Source: Podarcis bocagei (taxonomy: Eukaryota). From it: 64,000 nucleotides of DNA. Below are positions 38,031 through 50,930 of the stretch, in pieces. The stretch's first letter is position 1. Every line of letters begins with the position of its first letter. Where the stretch lies: NCBI GenBank assembly GCA_964188305.1, contig OZ076886.1. One strand, written 5' to 3'. Made by a program: the position numbers and the translations under genes. The notes beneath the pieces are model-generated. The model was not told the origin of the DNA. It made no database searches and saw nothing but the letters and a program-made list of their open reading frames with translations.

Positions 38031-38892
38031 GAAAGGAAGGATGGACAAGCAAGTGGCCAGGTTTCCACACAATGCTAAGTCATAATACGATAAAACAAAG
38101 CATGTCTAATTTTTCCAAAGTTTGTTTTTGCTTTCCAGGTGCCCTTGTCTCAAAAGCCTTTGTAGGTTGGTGAGCATCTGGGATGAAATTGCCAAACTGT
38201 GGTTAAGAAAGGGTTCTAGATTCCAACCATTAGAACAAATCAAGGTTCATAGGTCAACAACAAACCAAGGCTTCAAACTGTGGTATGCTGGCAGTAAACA
38301 AGCCCTAGTAAAACCATAGAGTAATAAATAAACCATGGTTTACTGCTATCTGTAAAGCTTGCTTTTGATGGATGGCACAGGTGCTGCAAAAGTTTCCTCT
38401 CCTGCTTTCAGGAAACAAACAACCCTCCAAACCCCCCAAAACAAATGCAAGATTCTGCATTAGAAGCCAATGTGATAAAAGTGTTGTTTGTTGTAGAACC
38501 TTTGGCCCAAAGACTAAAATAGTGTCTAACACATGTAATGTAAATGACAGGCTAGTAGTACTAGTATTTAAAATGTCATGAAACAGAGTTACGGAGCAAT
38601 CCAAACCCAAGGATCTGCTGGAATAAGGAGAGTGGATCTTCAGCTGAGGCTGGGCTCAGCCAGGACCATGGCAGCTGAAGTCCCTCACGAGTTGGAGATA
38701 CATCAATGTAAGTCCTCCACCCCAGCCCAGCCAGAGGTCAGCTGGCTAAGCTGAAGCCAGATCAGCCAGGACCAGTGTCAGTTCCCTCAAAAGGGTGTTG
38801 TGGGGCAGTGGCAGGGATGTGGTGGAGAGAGAATGGAAAGGGGTGAGACCTACCCATATTCCAAACTCTTAATCAGCTCAGCAACATGATCG

Positions 38893-39095
38893 CAGGGCTA
38901 GCCTACCCATGAGGCAAAGTGAGACAATTGTCTCAGGCGGCAGGATCCACTGGGGCAGCAAATCCTGACACATATCTTTATTCCCCTCTCCTTGTTCCTG
39001 ATGCAGACCTTCACTTACCTCTTCTTCCCTGGAATACAGGGTGGCGCCATTTTGTGGTTTGCCTCAGGCCCCAAAATGTCTTTGGGCTGGCACTG
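38893..39095. mobile_element. hAT-type MITE, 203 bp
   Basis: Ends CAGGGCTAGCC / GGCTGGCACTG; degenerate 8-bp TSD CATGATCG / AATGATCT (6/8). Confidence 0.7.
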
Positions 39096-39399
39096 AATGA
39101 TCTAGCAATTCAACAGAATTCACACTGGCAAAAACTTCTGGATGGAGTTAGGAAAAGGGATAAGTTACAATTGCATAATTTACACAAGTGTAAATTACAC
39201 AGGCTTCCTATAGTTTGGATTGTTGTTAGTACATTACAGAAAAGAGGTTGGTACAGATGGCAGTAGGAACAGAATCTTTACTCTGAATTTTCTTTAAGTG
39301 TAAGGTAGACTCTCCCATTCTACTTATCTTTTAAGGGGAGAACTACGTGTTAAGAGAACAAAAACATGTTCCCCAACTCCAGGCATTCCTTATAAGGAG

Positions 39400-39630
39400 A
39401 TAATAATAATAATAATAATAATAATTTTTTTATTTATACCCCGCCCTCCCCAGCCAAGGCCGGGCTCAGAGCGGCTTACAAGCAATAATAAAAACAAGAT
39501 GAGTGATTACAACTTAAAAACAAAAATAAAATACAACATTAAAATAATGGAACATTAAAATATTAAAATGGAGCCTCATTGCAGGAGAAGGAAAAGAAAA
39601 AAGAAAAAGGGGGCGGAGGGAATCAAATTG
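39400..39630 (-). mobile_element. Young L2-type LINE 3' end with (ATT)n tail
   Basis: Minus strand ...GTAAGCCGCTCTGAGCCCGGCCTTGGCTGGGGAGGGCGGGGTATAAATAAAAAAA(TTA)n with CpGs intact; (AAT)n at 39400-39426. Confidence 0.75.
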
Positions 39631-42600
39631 GAAGCAACAGCAGCATTTGAATTGGGAGATGGAAGAAATGCTTAAGCAACTACACAATTATTCTTCTCTG
39701 AAATTCCCATTGGCCTTTTTAATTGTTATTTGCCCAGCAAGTCTCCTAAACTTGAAGCAAGCCCAGCTGAGGTAGAGAGTTAAATCAGGCATAGAAGTGG
39801 TTAAACATTCTTCCACATCTCCCCCAATTCCCAATTATACCTTCTAACTGTCCCCTTTGCCTCTGCTTTAGGTTACCTTGGCAAACATGAGGTTCAATTA
39901 GATAATTCTGTCAAATAGTCACAGTTTAATAACAGTACTATGTACGTCAGGAACCTACACATTTGGTTAAAAACTTACATGGTGTAGCTATGAAATATGC
40001 TAGATAAGACTGAATCATAACTTTTTAATCATGGGGTTTCTCATAAATGTCTATAGAAAGTAACCCATCATCCCCAAAACTGGCTATATAGAGCAGAGCA
40101 AGAACAACATTAAATCAAAAAAATGTTGTATTTCTTCAAATATTTACTTCCCCCTGTGGAATCGCTAGATTAAGCTCCAGCAAAAGCTGATGACTGAGTA
40201 TATACTGTCTCTTCCACTCAGTTGCATACAGGCATCGGCAAACTATTTGGTAGTTATTATGAATGTTTTCCAACACTGTAAATTCAGAAGCATCAGAGCA
40301 GAAGCTTTATAGTAAACACAGTTTCTGACGTATTCATAAGCAAAGAAATTCAGTATTACAGATTTTTTAAAAAGATTTTTTTTAAAAACACACACACAAC
40401 AACCAGCAAGCCAGTTTGCCGCAGCTGTTGCCATTTTCCAGTATAGTCCCACCTATGGCAATCACAGAAGCAATTCAGCAAGCTTATCAACAAGCTCTTT
40501 TCATAATAATCTGACTGTTATTTGTGAAATCTGGGATAAACTGCAATTCCGGATGACAAATAACTAACACCTTTTGGAAACTAGGAGACAGAGAGAGTGA
40601 GATGAACTTCACAATATAATATGCTACAACATCTATACCTATCTGTGAGAGATGTACCTATATATCTATGAGGTTGCCCAGAAACTCTGTTGCAAGAATC
40701 ACTGAAAGATGCGTTACTGCCTGTTCTACTGACAAGTAGAAACACATCAGCTGAGCAATACCACTGGATACAGCAAAGCACATTCAAAAAACATTATTTC
40801 CCTCAGATAATTCTGGGCACTGAACTGAAGTCAACTAACCATGCCCTGGGCCCCCTAACCTCTCTCAGCGCCAATGAAAACTAATAACTGAACAGAGAGA
40901 ACCTACCCACGTGACAGTGACATAAAAACATTGGATACAGACTATGTAAAAGGACAAAAGTTTACTAACTCCCCTCTCTCCCACTCTCTCTTTCCCTATA
41001 TCTTTTCTTCCCCAACCTTATACTGGCTATAGCATTGGTGTCTCACAACAAATATAACTGTTTGGTAGAAAAGATTCTATGAACGGAAAACAGATACACT
41101 TTATGTACTTTTGCAATTCAAGAAAATCTTCAATGAAAACAATTAAACAAGAAAATAATTAGCCCACACAGAGTTACAATTCCAAGCAACCCTTAACAAA
41201 CTACAGTGCCTAGAATTCTTTGAGGGGGGAAATGTGCTTCAAATGTACTTTAGAAGTATAGTGCATACACCAAAAGTGCTTGCCTTAATGTAAGGCATGA
41301 CATGGATAACATTTAAGGGCCCTAGTCTGGAAAAACACAAATAAATATTCTATCTTCAAAAATAGTTGAAATAATCTAAAAAAATCAAACTGTACACTTG
41401 AAATGCCAGCCTAGTTTGATCACCATTTTCATAAATGTGCACCTGCATGTTTCTAACTTGCTACTTCTTTCCTCACCAAAAAAGCACACTGACAATACAT
41501 TTATCCACGCATCCAAGCTTGCTCCCTTCTGGTCCTGAAATGGTGCCTATTCTTTTAAGAGCCGCTGCTGTGAAGTATCTTTTTACTTGTCCCCAGATCT
41601 GCTGCCTGCCAAGTGATGACTGAGAGGGGAGAAAAGGACAGTGAAAAGAACACAAGCCTGGTTTACTTTTTGCAAGTGCTATACTTACACAAAATTATCT
41701 AGGGGACTATAAAGGTAAAACCAATATATGCATCTCAATAGTGGTGACATCTGCACTATCAGGTTTTAAACACTTCTGTGGGAACAAAATTATAGCACAG
41801 AGCAAATTGGGCTTTCTGTTATGTTACATTGCCTCTCCTCCTATCTAGTCAATTGTCACTCCTGGTAGGATTAGAATTCCTGGAGTCAAGTTTAAAATTC
41901 TATTCATAGTGTTAAACACCTCTATGGTTGTTTTTTTAAAAACACAGCAAAAGGAATTGCATGCTGTCAACCAATGTGAGCACTACTAGTTTACTTACAG
42001 ATGCTTTAAAATCAATGTATTCCATTGCCCTTCATCTTTTTATTCAATTGTATTACCCTATTGCTGTTTCTCATTCACTGCATCTTACTGGATTTAAAAG
42101 CTTTCTGAAGAATTAATGAGCAAAGATATCATTCAGTAAGGTCATGGTGAAGGAATCTGATAAACCATGCAAGGCAAAATTAAAATAAAATTAAAATAAA
42201 AACACTTTCCATTTTGTCTTTATCTAGCACCCACAAAATTACTTTCCTATCACAAAGGTTATTTATTTATTAAATTTTCAGGGAGCAGTTAAACATACAT
42301 GTTGCAGTGCTCACCAAAATGAGAGTTTATTAGGTTTATTTAGAAAGTAAAATCATTTTGATAAAGGACAATATGAAAGTGCTACCTCAATAGTTCTATC
42401 GCCTGTGAACAGAGTCCACAAGATAATGTGTAAGACATTATGAGGGGAAGAGAGTTTGAGCAATTAGTATCATCTCAGAGGACTAGTTTGCACTTTGCAC
42501 AACTTGTGAGCAGCAGCACAATATTCATGTAGCAGTGTGTTAATGAGCTAACCTTCAGTGTAGGGGCAAATTTGCCCTTACAGTTTTCATTTACATACTT

Positions 42601-43827
42601 AGCAAATTGCTATAAGCTAGGCATTTCCAAATTGTGATCCACTAAACTGAGTGCTGCTTACCAGACATATACAGTAGTTTACATCTATGTTTTGCTATTA
42701 TATATAGCTTGACAAATATCCCGTTTATTGCTTCCTGCAGCAGAACAGTCTGGCAGACAACATTTGGCTTTGTAGGCTACAAGTACCACAGGCCTCGTAT
42801 GGACTATACTACATTCCAGTTCACTGAAATGATACAAATATTCACAGTTCAAGTGATAATATTAGTCCTGTTCAGATATCACTCATGTGGAGAGGCAACA
42901 CCAGAGAGCTACAATGTCAGCACTGCAAAGGCATGGTTACCAGCTGTTCTGGATGGGGTGACACTCAAATTCTGGGACTAGGACAAGGGCTTTTCCCACT
43001 TCAAATTGAGTTTTCTTTCTTTCTTTTTCTTGGAGTTCTTGCTAGAAGCCAAGAGAGCATCTCAGGCTAAGATGATGATGTTGCTTCTTCGAGGAATGGA
43101 GTCAAAGAGAGAGATGGCTGCCTACCCTGTGCTATTTTGTTACCTACATAGGTGAGGTGACGCCCACCTCTGGTCACATATAGAGGAAGTTGTCCCAGCC
43201 CAGGAGGAAACAGGAAGTTCAGACATCCCCTTTTTATGTCCACCCTAGGAGTGTTGTATCTGACTGCTCTGTGTTTCACACCCCACACTAACTGCCTCAG
43301 CACATGGTTCAGCCACAGGTATAGAAAATCTCCATTTTATAGGGCTATATGGAAAATCACTTTCATATGGAAAAGATTCACAGTATGGGGTAGATGCGGT
43401 CTTACTTACTGAACTTGTCATTGTCATATGAAATAAAGCTGCAAGAATATTGTCTTGTACAATACATTCCTACATCAAGTGAGACGCATGGGGATAAAGT
43501 AGCATGCAAGAGATCAGAAAGAGTTTTAGAATCCTGTAGGCAACCAAATGCCTAGAAAATAAACAAACGCTTCCTATTTTGTGTCCGAATACTTCTGAAT
43601 TGGCAGCAGTTATTGTGAATTGATCCCCTTAAACATAGTAGCATGGAAAAAGCTATGCCACCACCCAGTGATTTGCAAGCAATGCACAATGTACAGTGCC
43701 TTCCACATGGAATGATTTCATCCAGGTTCCACACTACTTTCTCCCACATAAACCTGCTGAACAATTAAGATATTCGTAAGTGCAGAACCTGATATTTGTC
43801 CATATTGAAATGCATTTTGTTAGTTTT

Positions 43828-44662
43828 AAAGAACTGGAACAAAACTAACAAAATGAATTTCAATAGGAACCAATGTCAGGTTCTACACTTAGGCAGGAAG
43901 AACCAGCTGAACAACTATAAGATAGGGGACACCTTTACTAGGATCTAGGGATCTTAGGAGACTACACCCTTAACATGAGTCAACAGTGTGATGCAGCAGC
44001 AAAAAAAGCTAATGTTATTCTAGGCTGCATTAATAGAAGTATAGTGTCCTGATCAAGGGAAGTAATAAGGTAAAGGGACCCCTGACCATTAGGTCCAGTC
44101 GTGACTGACTCTGGGGATGTGGCGCTCATCTCGCTTTATTGACCGAGGGAGCCAGCATACAGCTTCCGGGTCATGTGGCCAGCATGACTAAGCCACTTCT
44201 GGCGAACCAGAGCAGCGCACGGAAACGCCGTTTACCTTCCCACTGGAGCAGTACCTATTTATCTACTTTCACTTTGACGTGCTTTTGAACTGCTAGGTTG
44301 GCAGGAGCAGGGACCAAACAACGGGAGCTGACCCCATCGTGGGAATTCGAACCACCGACCTTCTGATCGGGCAAGCCCTAGGTTGTATTCTGCCTTGGTC
44401 AGGCTACACCTAAAATACTGTGTCCAGTTCTGGGTGCCAAAATTTAAGAAGTATATTGACAAGCTGCCAGATGAGCAGAGGAAGGCAACCAAGATGATCA
44501 AGGGTCTGGAAACCAAGCTATAGAAGGAATTGTTGAGGAAACTGAGCATGTTTAGCTTGACAAAGAAGATACTGAGAGGAGATATGATAGCCTCCTTCAA
44601 ATACTTAAAAGGGCTGTCACATGGAGGATGGAGCAAGCTTGTTTTCTCCTTCTCTGCAGGCT
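43828..44662 (+). mobile_element. CR1 LINE ORF2 fragment interrupted by a SINE
   Basis: Encodes [40 protein letters not shown], and after the [26 protein letters not shown]. It is colinear with the CR1 at 58.5-59.1 kb. Confidence 0.9.
44068..44382 (-). mobile_element. 5'-truncated Sauria SINE nested in CR1
   Basis: Near-identical to 48669-49003; B box (TTCGAACC on +) present, A box missing. Confidence 0.92.
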
Positions 44663-45329
44663 ATTATTTCTATAATTGAAATATTAATAATTGTAATCTG
44701 AGCAATATTAGCTATTCACTTGTATTAATTATGCTAGTCATGGAACTTTTGCTTTTAAAGTTTCTCAGTTCCGCAATAGTAATTATTCTATTTCATAGAA
44801 CAATTTCTTTAACGGCAGAAGAGATTACTAATATTTCAGTATAGTAGATTATGACAGAATCAGGCACTTCTTCCTTTCTTTCAGAATTGTGTATATTTTA
44901 ACATTTGAACTCATTTAACATTAAATATTTGCTTCGTGATTTGCAGTAGAGGAAAATGCCTTTTCCCCTTTTAACTAAATTACAAAAGATGTAAATGTGG
45001 TCTCACTTGTAGACAAATCAGCTACTCTTAACAATGAGGTGTAAATTGGTGTCTAGTTAATTCTATTCACAGTAGGGGGAGAAAGTATAGAATCATCAGC
45101 TTCTTAATTTTAGCAGTGGAACCTCAGGTACTTCATAAGAATTAACACCTTCCTTTGATTCTAAAACCATTGCTAATACTTTTTATTGCATCTACAATGC
45201 CATTCAGTTAGATTACCCATGCAAATAAACATGTATCATGAATATGCACGTGTATTTTTTTATAATTTAAATTCTTCAAAGTGAATTTGCAATGAGTTAA
45301 CTGCATTTTCAAGAAGGAAGAAAAATAAA

Positions 45330-45478
45330 GAGGTATCTATAAGAGTTGGAAGAGAGCCTGAGGATCATCAGGCCCAACCAGCTACAGTGCAGGACTATGC
45401 AGCTGTCCCTTTTGGGGACTGAACCTGCAACATTGGCATTGTCAGCACTACGCTCTAACCGCCCGAGCTATCCAGCTA
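45330..45478 (-). mobile_element. Short tRNA(Ile-like)-derived SINE with CR1 3' tail
   Basis: Minus strand AGCTGGATAGCTCGGGCGGTTAGAGCGTAGTGCTGACAATGCCAATGTTGCAGGTTCAGTCCCC..., then GATGATCCTCAGGCTCTCTTCCAACTCT (CR1 tail, same as in the 58.5 kb copy). Confidence 0.8.
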
Positions 45479-48252
45479 TAATGAAAGACCAATTTCTGCC
45501 CTAATAACTGTAACCATAGTTAATATGTAGTCTACATCAGGCCATGATCAAGGCAAGAATGTAGGTGAGCTGATTGACCCTGAATCCTGACCACACTAAG
45601 GGTACAAGACTTGTCTTATTGGTTTGTCAGCTGCAAGGTGGAAGGTGTCAGATACTACTGAACATAAAAAAACTGCTGCTCTGTTGAAAACCTGTGCCAT
45701 CCATTACCATTGTAACATGCTAATGTGGGGTGGGTACAATCCCATACAGCAAGGAGGCACTGGGCTAGGAAACAAGAGACATTACTTTTGACAATATGTA
45801 AGCATTCTTCTACAGCAGCTTGGCCAAGCACAACATGGAGCAGTGGCCTTGATTGCCTAGACAACGGACATTCACCCACCCACAGATTGTTACAACACAG
45901 AATAAAACAGTGCAGGGTGATGCAATCACTATGGTGATGTGCACTGCTTTCCACCTTAGCATTGGATTAAAAAATCTTGTGAGACTCAGGTTCAAAACCT
46001 TAGCTATGTGTGGCCATCTTAAAAAGCCTTGAGTGCAGTTGATCATAGAGGAAAGATCTCTGGTGCTCCCACATTATTAGAAGAGGATGTAAAATAAGCA
46101 AAATATTGAAGAACTCGTGTTTCTTTTTGCTGTGGCCATGGAGACACAATCAGCCTCCAACTATCCTTATATGTCTCATGGTAGCTCTTACAGCTACTGC
46201 TGCTGCTGCTGCAGCCATGACACTTCTAGGCAGTCTGAAATACCCCACTTCTCTATCTCTATCTCTGTCCAACCCCATATATGCAGGCAGGGGGACAAAG
46301 TAAGAGCAAAGTGGTCTGGCTTGGCTGCAACAGTGGCCCACAAAAAGACCAAACTGAATGGGTTCAGCCTTACAACAGATGCATCACAAATCTGACACAA
46401 TATAGGTACATCACTTCTCAGCTCATGTCACTTTATTTTTATTAGGGCACAGTAACTCAGAGTATATCAGTGTCAGCCTTCTCTGTCATTTCTCTTATAT
46501 AACGAGTTTAAACAAGTCCATTTCTGTCTAGAAGGATCGAGTGCTGTCACCCTCAAAAAGTGTGCCCACTGTTTTTAAAGTTTGCTCTATAGTTGTCCAC
46601 CAGTCTACGAAATGGCCAAGGAAGATCACATAATGGCAAGGAAGGAGAATGATGCAGTTGACTTAACTCTGCCAGTCTGTGTCTGTTTCACTTACCTACT
46701 TTGAAAAAAATATACAGACTATATATTTTGTGTGTGTGTATATATTTCTGGGGGACAGACTATATGAGACCTTCACTGTATGGGTGGGAGTACAACTGAT
46801 GGTTTCTAAGACCTACCCAAGCTTTGCTGCAAAGCTGTTCTCAGAACTGCATGTCATATGATGAAGGCACAAATTATATGTTATTGGTGAGGAAGATATA
46901 GAGAGGTCATGCCTCTCTGATGTATATAAGTTCCATTGTACTCTGAAGCTGAACATGATTTTGAGATCCAGCAGCAGCATCTGTAGCATACTGAACAAAG
47001 TATGCAGGAAGACTCCAAGGGTGACCCTGTTCTAAGGCTGGGCTGCAAGAGAGAAGGAATAGTCTTTGATGTAAAGCAGGACTGACAGTGTCTGAACTGA
47101 GAAAATGCTCAAGAATGGAGAGGGGCAAAGCAGAAAACTCCTTAGGATTGTGGTTGCTGATGATGCAGAAGGAATACCCAAGCAGCACAGCAGATCAAAC
47201 AGATGCCAAAGGACTAAAACCAGGGGCATTCTCCTTGTGGCAATGGTGTCTAGACAGTCACGACTATGATCAAATTACTACCTAGGTGCCTGAATAAAAA
47301 GGTGTCATTTTTAGTCATATTCTGTAAGTGAAAGGTATGGCATTAATCCTGTTCATGTGTAAGGACGTATATTAACATATCCTGAGTAAGCACAGCAGAC
47401 TATTAACAAATATACATGATTCAAACACCAATATATCAATTTAAAACTACCTGAAAGATCTGCACTGTTGTCATCCCCCCCCCATTTAGAATAGTTTAAT
47501 TAAAAACAGCTATACAGTAGTTAGTCTGAGTTAACATTACATTCATAAAGCACTACAGCAAAATGTGATTTAAAAATATAGTGATGCAAAACCTCTAGTT
47601 AATCCAAGTAGGAGATGAAAACCAATTAAATCAACCAACCTGTGAAAAATTAACTATCCTACTAAATAAAAAAAGTTATCTGATTGGTTAGGATTTACCT
47701 TGACTTAATTTAAAAACAGCAACAACCAGAAATGTGTATAAACTTGAGAGAAAGGAACTACTAGGCTCAGAAAACTATCAGGAAAACCACAAAAAGAGTA
47801 TTAACAATACAACCCTGTGTAAGTTTTCTTTGGAAAGTCCTCTTTGTTCAATGGGGCTTATTCTCTAGTAAGTGTGTTTAGGGTTACAGGCTAAATCAAT
47901 CAAGCAGATTTAGCAGAATAAGGTCCAATGCAGAATAGCCTATGCTAGGATCAAGATAAAAAGCCTGCCAGATAAGTATTTAAATGGGGATCAGTGATAA
48001 GAAATTTTGTGTTACCACTTACAATAGCAAACTGAACCAACAATTGAATAGGACCAACCTGCAATGAACAGCCTCTCACTAGCACCAACAAACCAGTCAG
48101 TCCATTATGCAGCAGCTAGAATATAATATATTATCCATTATAACCATTCAGAAAATTCTTCCAAAGCAGTTTATATAATGACTGGTTCAAAAGCTCCTTG
48201 TTTTATTTTTGCATAATAAATCAGATCAAGAACTGTTTTCAGGATATTAGAA

Positions 48253-48580
48253 TGTAGTAGTCACTTCTCCCCTCCACGGAGAAAGCCTTTATTTATGTGG
48301 TCTGTTTAAGGCAGGGGAGGCAGGTGGACTTTAGTATGGAGGAATGGGGACTAGAAATCAATAAGGAGGTGCACTGGTCTTTCTGGTTTCTATAGCAGAG
48401 GTTTTCTGAGGTTTCCCACGTTCACAGGGGGCATCATCTTTCCTGAAGCAGGCCCCATCATTAAAAGTGCCTAAGAAACAGCTTCTAACAGAAAAAAGTG
48501 GAATCCTTGCCCTGGTCCTTATCATGAAGGGGAAAGAAGCAGGTTGCGATTCTGACTCAGATTCAGATGGATCTGTGACA
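48253..48580 (-). mobile_element. Possible solo LTR
   Basis: Minus strand begins TGTCACAG and ends CTACTACA, with AATAAA about 35 nt before the end; GC-richer than the flanks. No TSD recognised. Confidence 0.35.
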
Positions 48581-48668
48581 GTGCTCACTGCTTTATATCT
48601 ATCTCACTCTCAATCTTATCAATACCAATTTAGTGCTTAAGCAATAACAGGGATCATACCTAAGTATA

Positions 48669-49003
48669 GAGGTAAAGATAAAGGGACCCCTGACCATTAG
48701 GTCCAGTCGTGGCCGACTCTGGGGTTGCGGCGCTCATCTCGCTTTATTGGCCAAGGGAGCAGCATACAGCTTCCGGGTCATGTGGCCATCATGACTAAGC
48801 CACTTCTGGTGAACCAGAACAGCACACAGAAATGCCGTTTACCTTCCTGCCGGAGCGGTACCTATTTATCTACTTGCACTTTGTGCTTTCGAACTGCTAG
48901 GTTGGCAGGAGCAGGGACCGAGCAATAGGAGCACACTCCATCACGGGGATTTGAACCGCCAACCTTCTGATCGGCAAACCCTAGACTCTGTGGTTTAACC
49001 CTT
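48669..49003 (-). mobile_element. Sauria SINE, slightly 5'-truncated
   Basis: 12-bp TSD TACCTAAGTATA at 48657-48668 and 49004-49015; GGTAAA-type tail; B box. Confidence 0.95.
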
Positions 49004-49322
49004 TACCTAAGTATACTTACTATGAAAATAAATTTAACTTCTCTAATATATTTTAATCTGTTTTATACTGTGCAAACATGAAACAAACACTCACACACCT
49101 TTGAGACCAAAGAAATACTAAATAATACATCAAAGCATACATGGATGCCAACAATAATTTTGTAGTCTGCTTTCTTTACCGAGGCAATGAGTCAGTGTAA
49201 CTTTGTCCTGCTTGAAACTCATTTATGATTCCGAGCAGCAAAGTAATAGTTACCTCATATGAAGAGTGAAAATAAGATAACATATCAAGTGACAATAAAA
49301 CACAAACTTTGGTTTGTGGTGA

Positions 49323-49520
49323 CAGAGGAACACCTAGGCTCTCTTTCGCCCTTGGCAAGGAACTGTATCAGCACACACTGTATCTGTGCGCATCTTGAGT
49401 GCACAGATGGGCAGGTGAACTCCTAGTCACTGCAAGCAGAGTGAATAGGCACCATTTCTGTGCCCCCCAGCCTGTGCCCTTGGCAGGGGCCAACCTAAGC
49501 AACCCCTAGATGCACCCCTG
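49323..49520. mobile_element. hAT-type MITE, 198 bp
   Basis: Ends CAGAGGAACACCTAGG / CCTAGATGCACCCCTG; 8-bp TSD TGTGGTGA / TGTGCTGA (7/8). Confidence 0.75.
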
Positions 49521-50574
49521 TGTGCTGAAATGTGACAGATGCTGCTGGCTCCTATACTGACAATTTCTCAGGCAAAGGGAAGTAAGCACGGACACAAAGT
49601 ATTAAGTGGATAACTATTCCATATGTTGTCCAGCAGCCAAAATGATGATGAGAAGATTATAACATATAGACAAAGTACTCTTCTTGAAACACAAATATGT
49701 TATTAAATAGCTACCAAATATTAATACAGAAAAATGAAACTATACACTATCATAGCTGTCAAAATATTTCAAATTGAAAATATATTGCTCTGTTTTTATT
49801 ATCTGATTTGTATTCCTCACTATTTATCCGCAGCTCACTCACAGAACAAGTTTGTGAAAGTTATTTGCAGAAACATTTTATCGCAATTAGACCCAAACTT
49901 TTCCTCCACATCCCTTCACTATATCAATGGTCAATAAAATTTGAAGACACTATGCCTGCTAACCAGTCTGGAATTGGTTTAAAGTAGAAATTTACCCACA
50001 CATTATTTTTCAGAATATTCTACATTGGTGTTGAAATATTCTGAAAAATAATGTTGGTCAGTAAGGAACTGTATGTGCCATCCATGCTAAAAATATTCAC
50101 ATGCATGAAGGGTTAAAATGTCAGAAAGAAATCTAGACTGGAATTCTTCCAGCAGACATAACGGTTTTTCCACAGCTGTGAAGCTTTCACACATGCAATT
50201 CCATCATTATACCCTGAAATGGTGTAGGAGGCCCATATACCACATAATTTTTCCTCAATGTGTTGTTTGGCCCATAGGCCCAATTCGAATGTTATATCAT
50301 ATAGTATAACTGTGCTCATTCATGAAGTTTTCCACACACCTGATAAATGCCATGACAATATACTTAAGTTACACACATAGTGGCTGAATATCCAATTTAA
50401 GCATTAAGAGAACCATGTGGAACAACAGATAAGTAAGCAGCTTTAATCAGCTAGACATCATACCTTAGTTTGTGCATCTTCATGAAGCAATGTAAAATAA
50501 ATAATACTTTTTGTGTCTTTTTTATATGTACTTATTATGTATTTTGGGTTTGCAAAATGTCACCCACCCTGAGA

Positions 50575-50930
50575 CGACTGATAGCCTTCCCCTCCATTAA
50601 TCTGTCTAAACCTCCTTTAAAGCCATCTAAGTTGGCTTCCTGTGGGAGTCAGTTCCATAACCTAGCTATGCACTGTGTGAAGTATTTTGTTTTATCTGTC
50701 CTGAACCTTCCAACATTCAGCTTCATTGAATGTTCATAAGTTCCAGTCTTAAGAAGAAGAAAAGCTTTGTGGCATAATTTTATAAACTTCTATCATGTCA
50801 CTTGTTACTCATCTTTTCTCTACACTAAAAAGTCCCCAAACCAAGCTGCAAACTTTTGAGGAGTTGCTCTACCTCCATCATTTTGGTTGCTGTTTTCTGA
50901 ACCTATTCCAACTCTACATGATATAATAGC
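50575..50930 (-). mobile_element. Old CR1 LINE 3' fragment
   Basis: CTGATAGCC..TCCATTAATCTGTCTAAACCTCCTTTAAAGCCATC..AGTTCCATAAC..TGCACTGTGTGAAG is the antisense of a CR1 ORF2 end. Confidence 0.7.

Noticed and set aside
42914-43300. Possible solo LTR
   Set aside because: GC-richer with a weak TATA-like motif, but no convincing termini, poly(A) signal or TSD.
45410-45478. Functional tRNA-Ile gene
   Set aside because: The T-arm and acceptor stem are degenerate and it is fused to a CR1 tail, so it is a SINE head.
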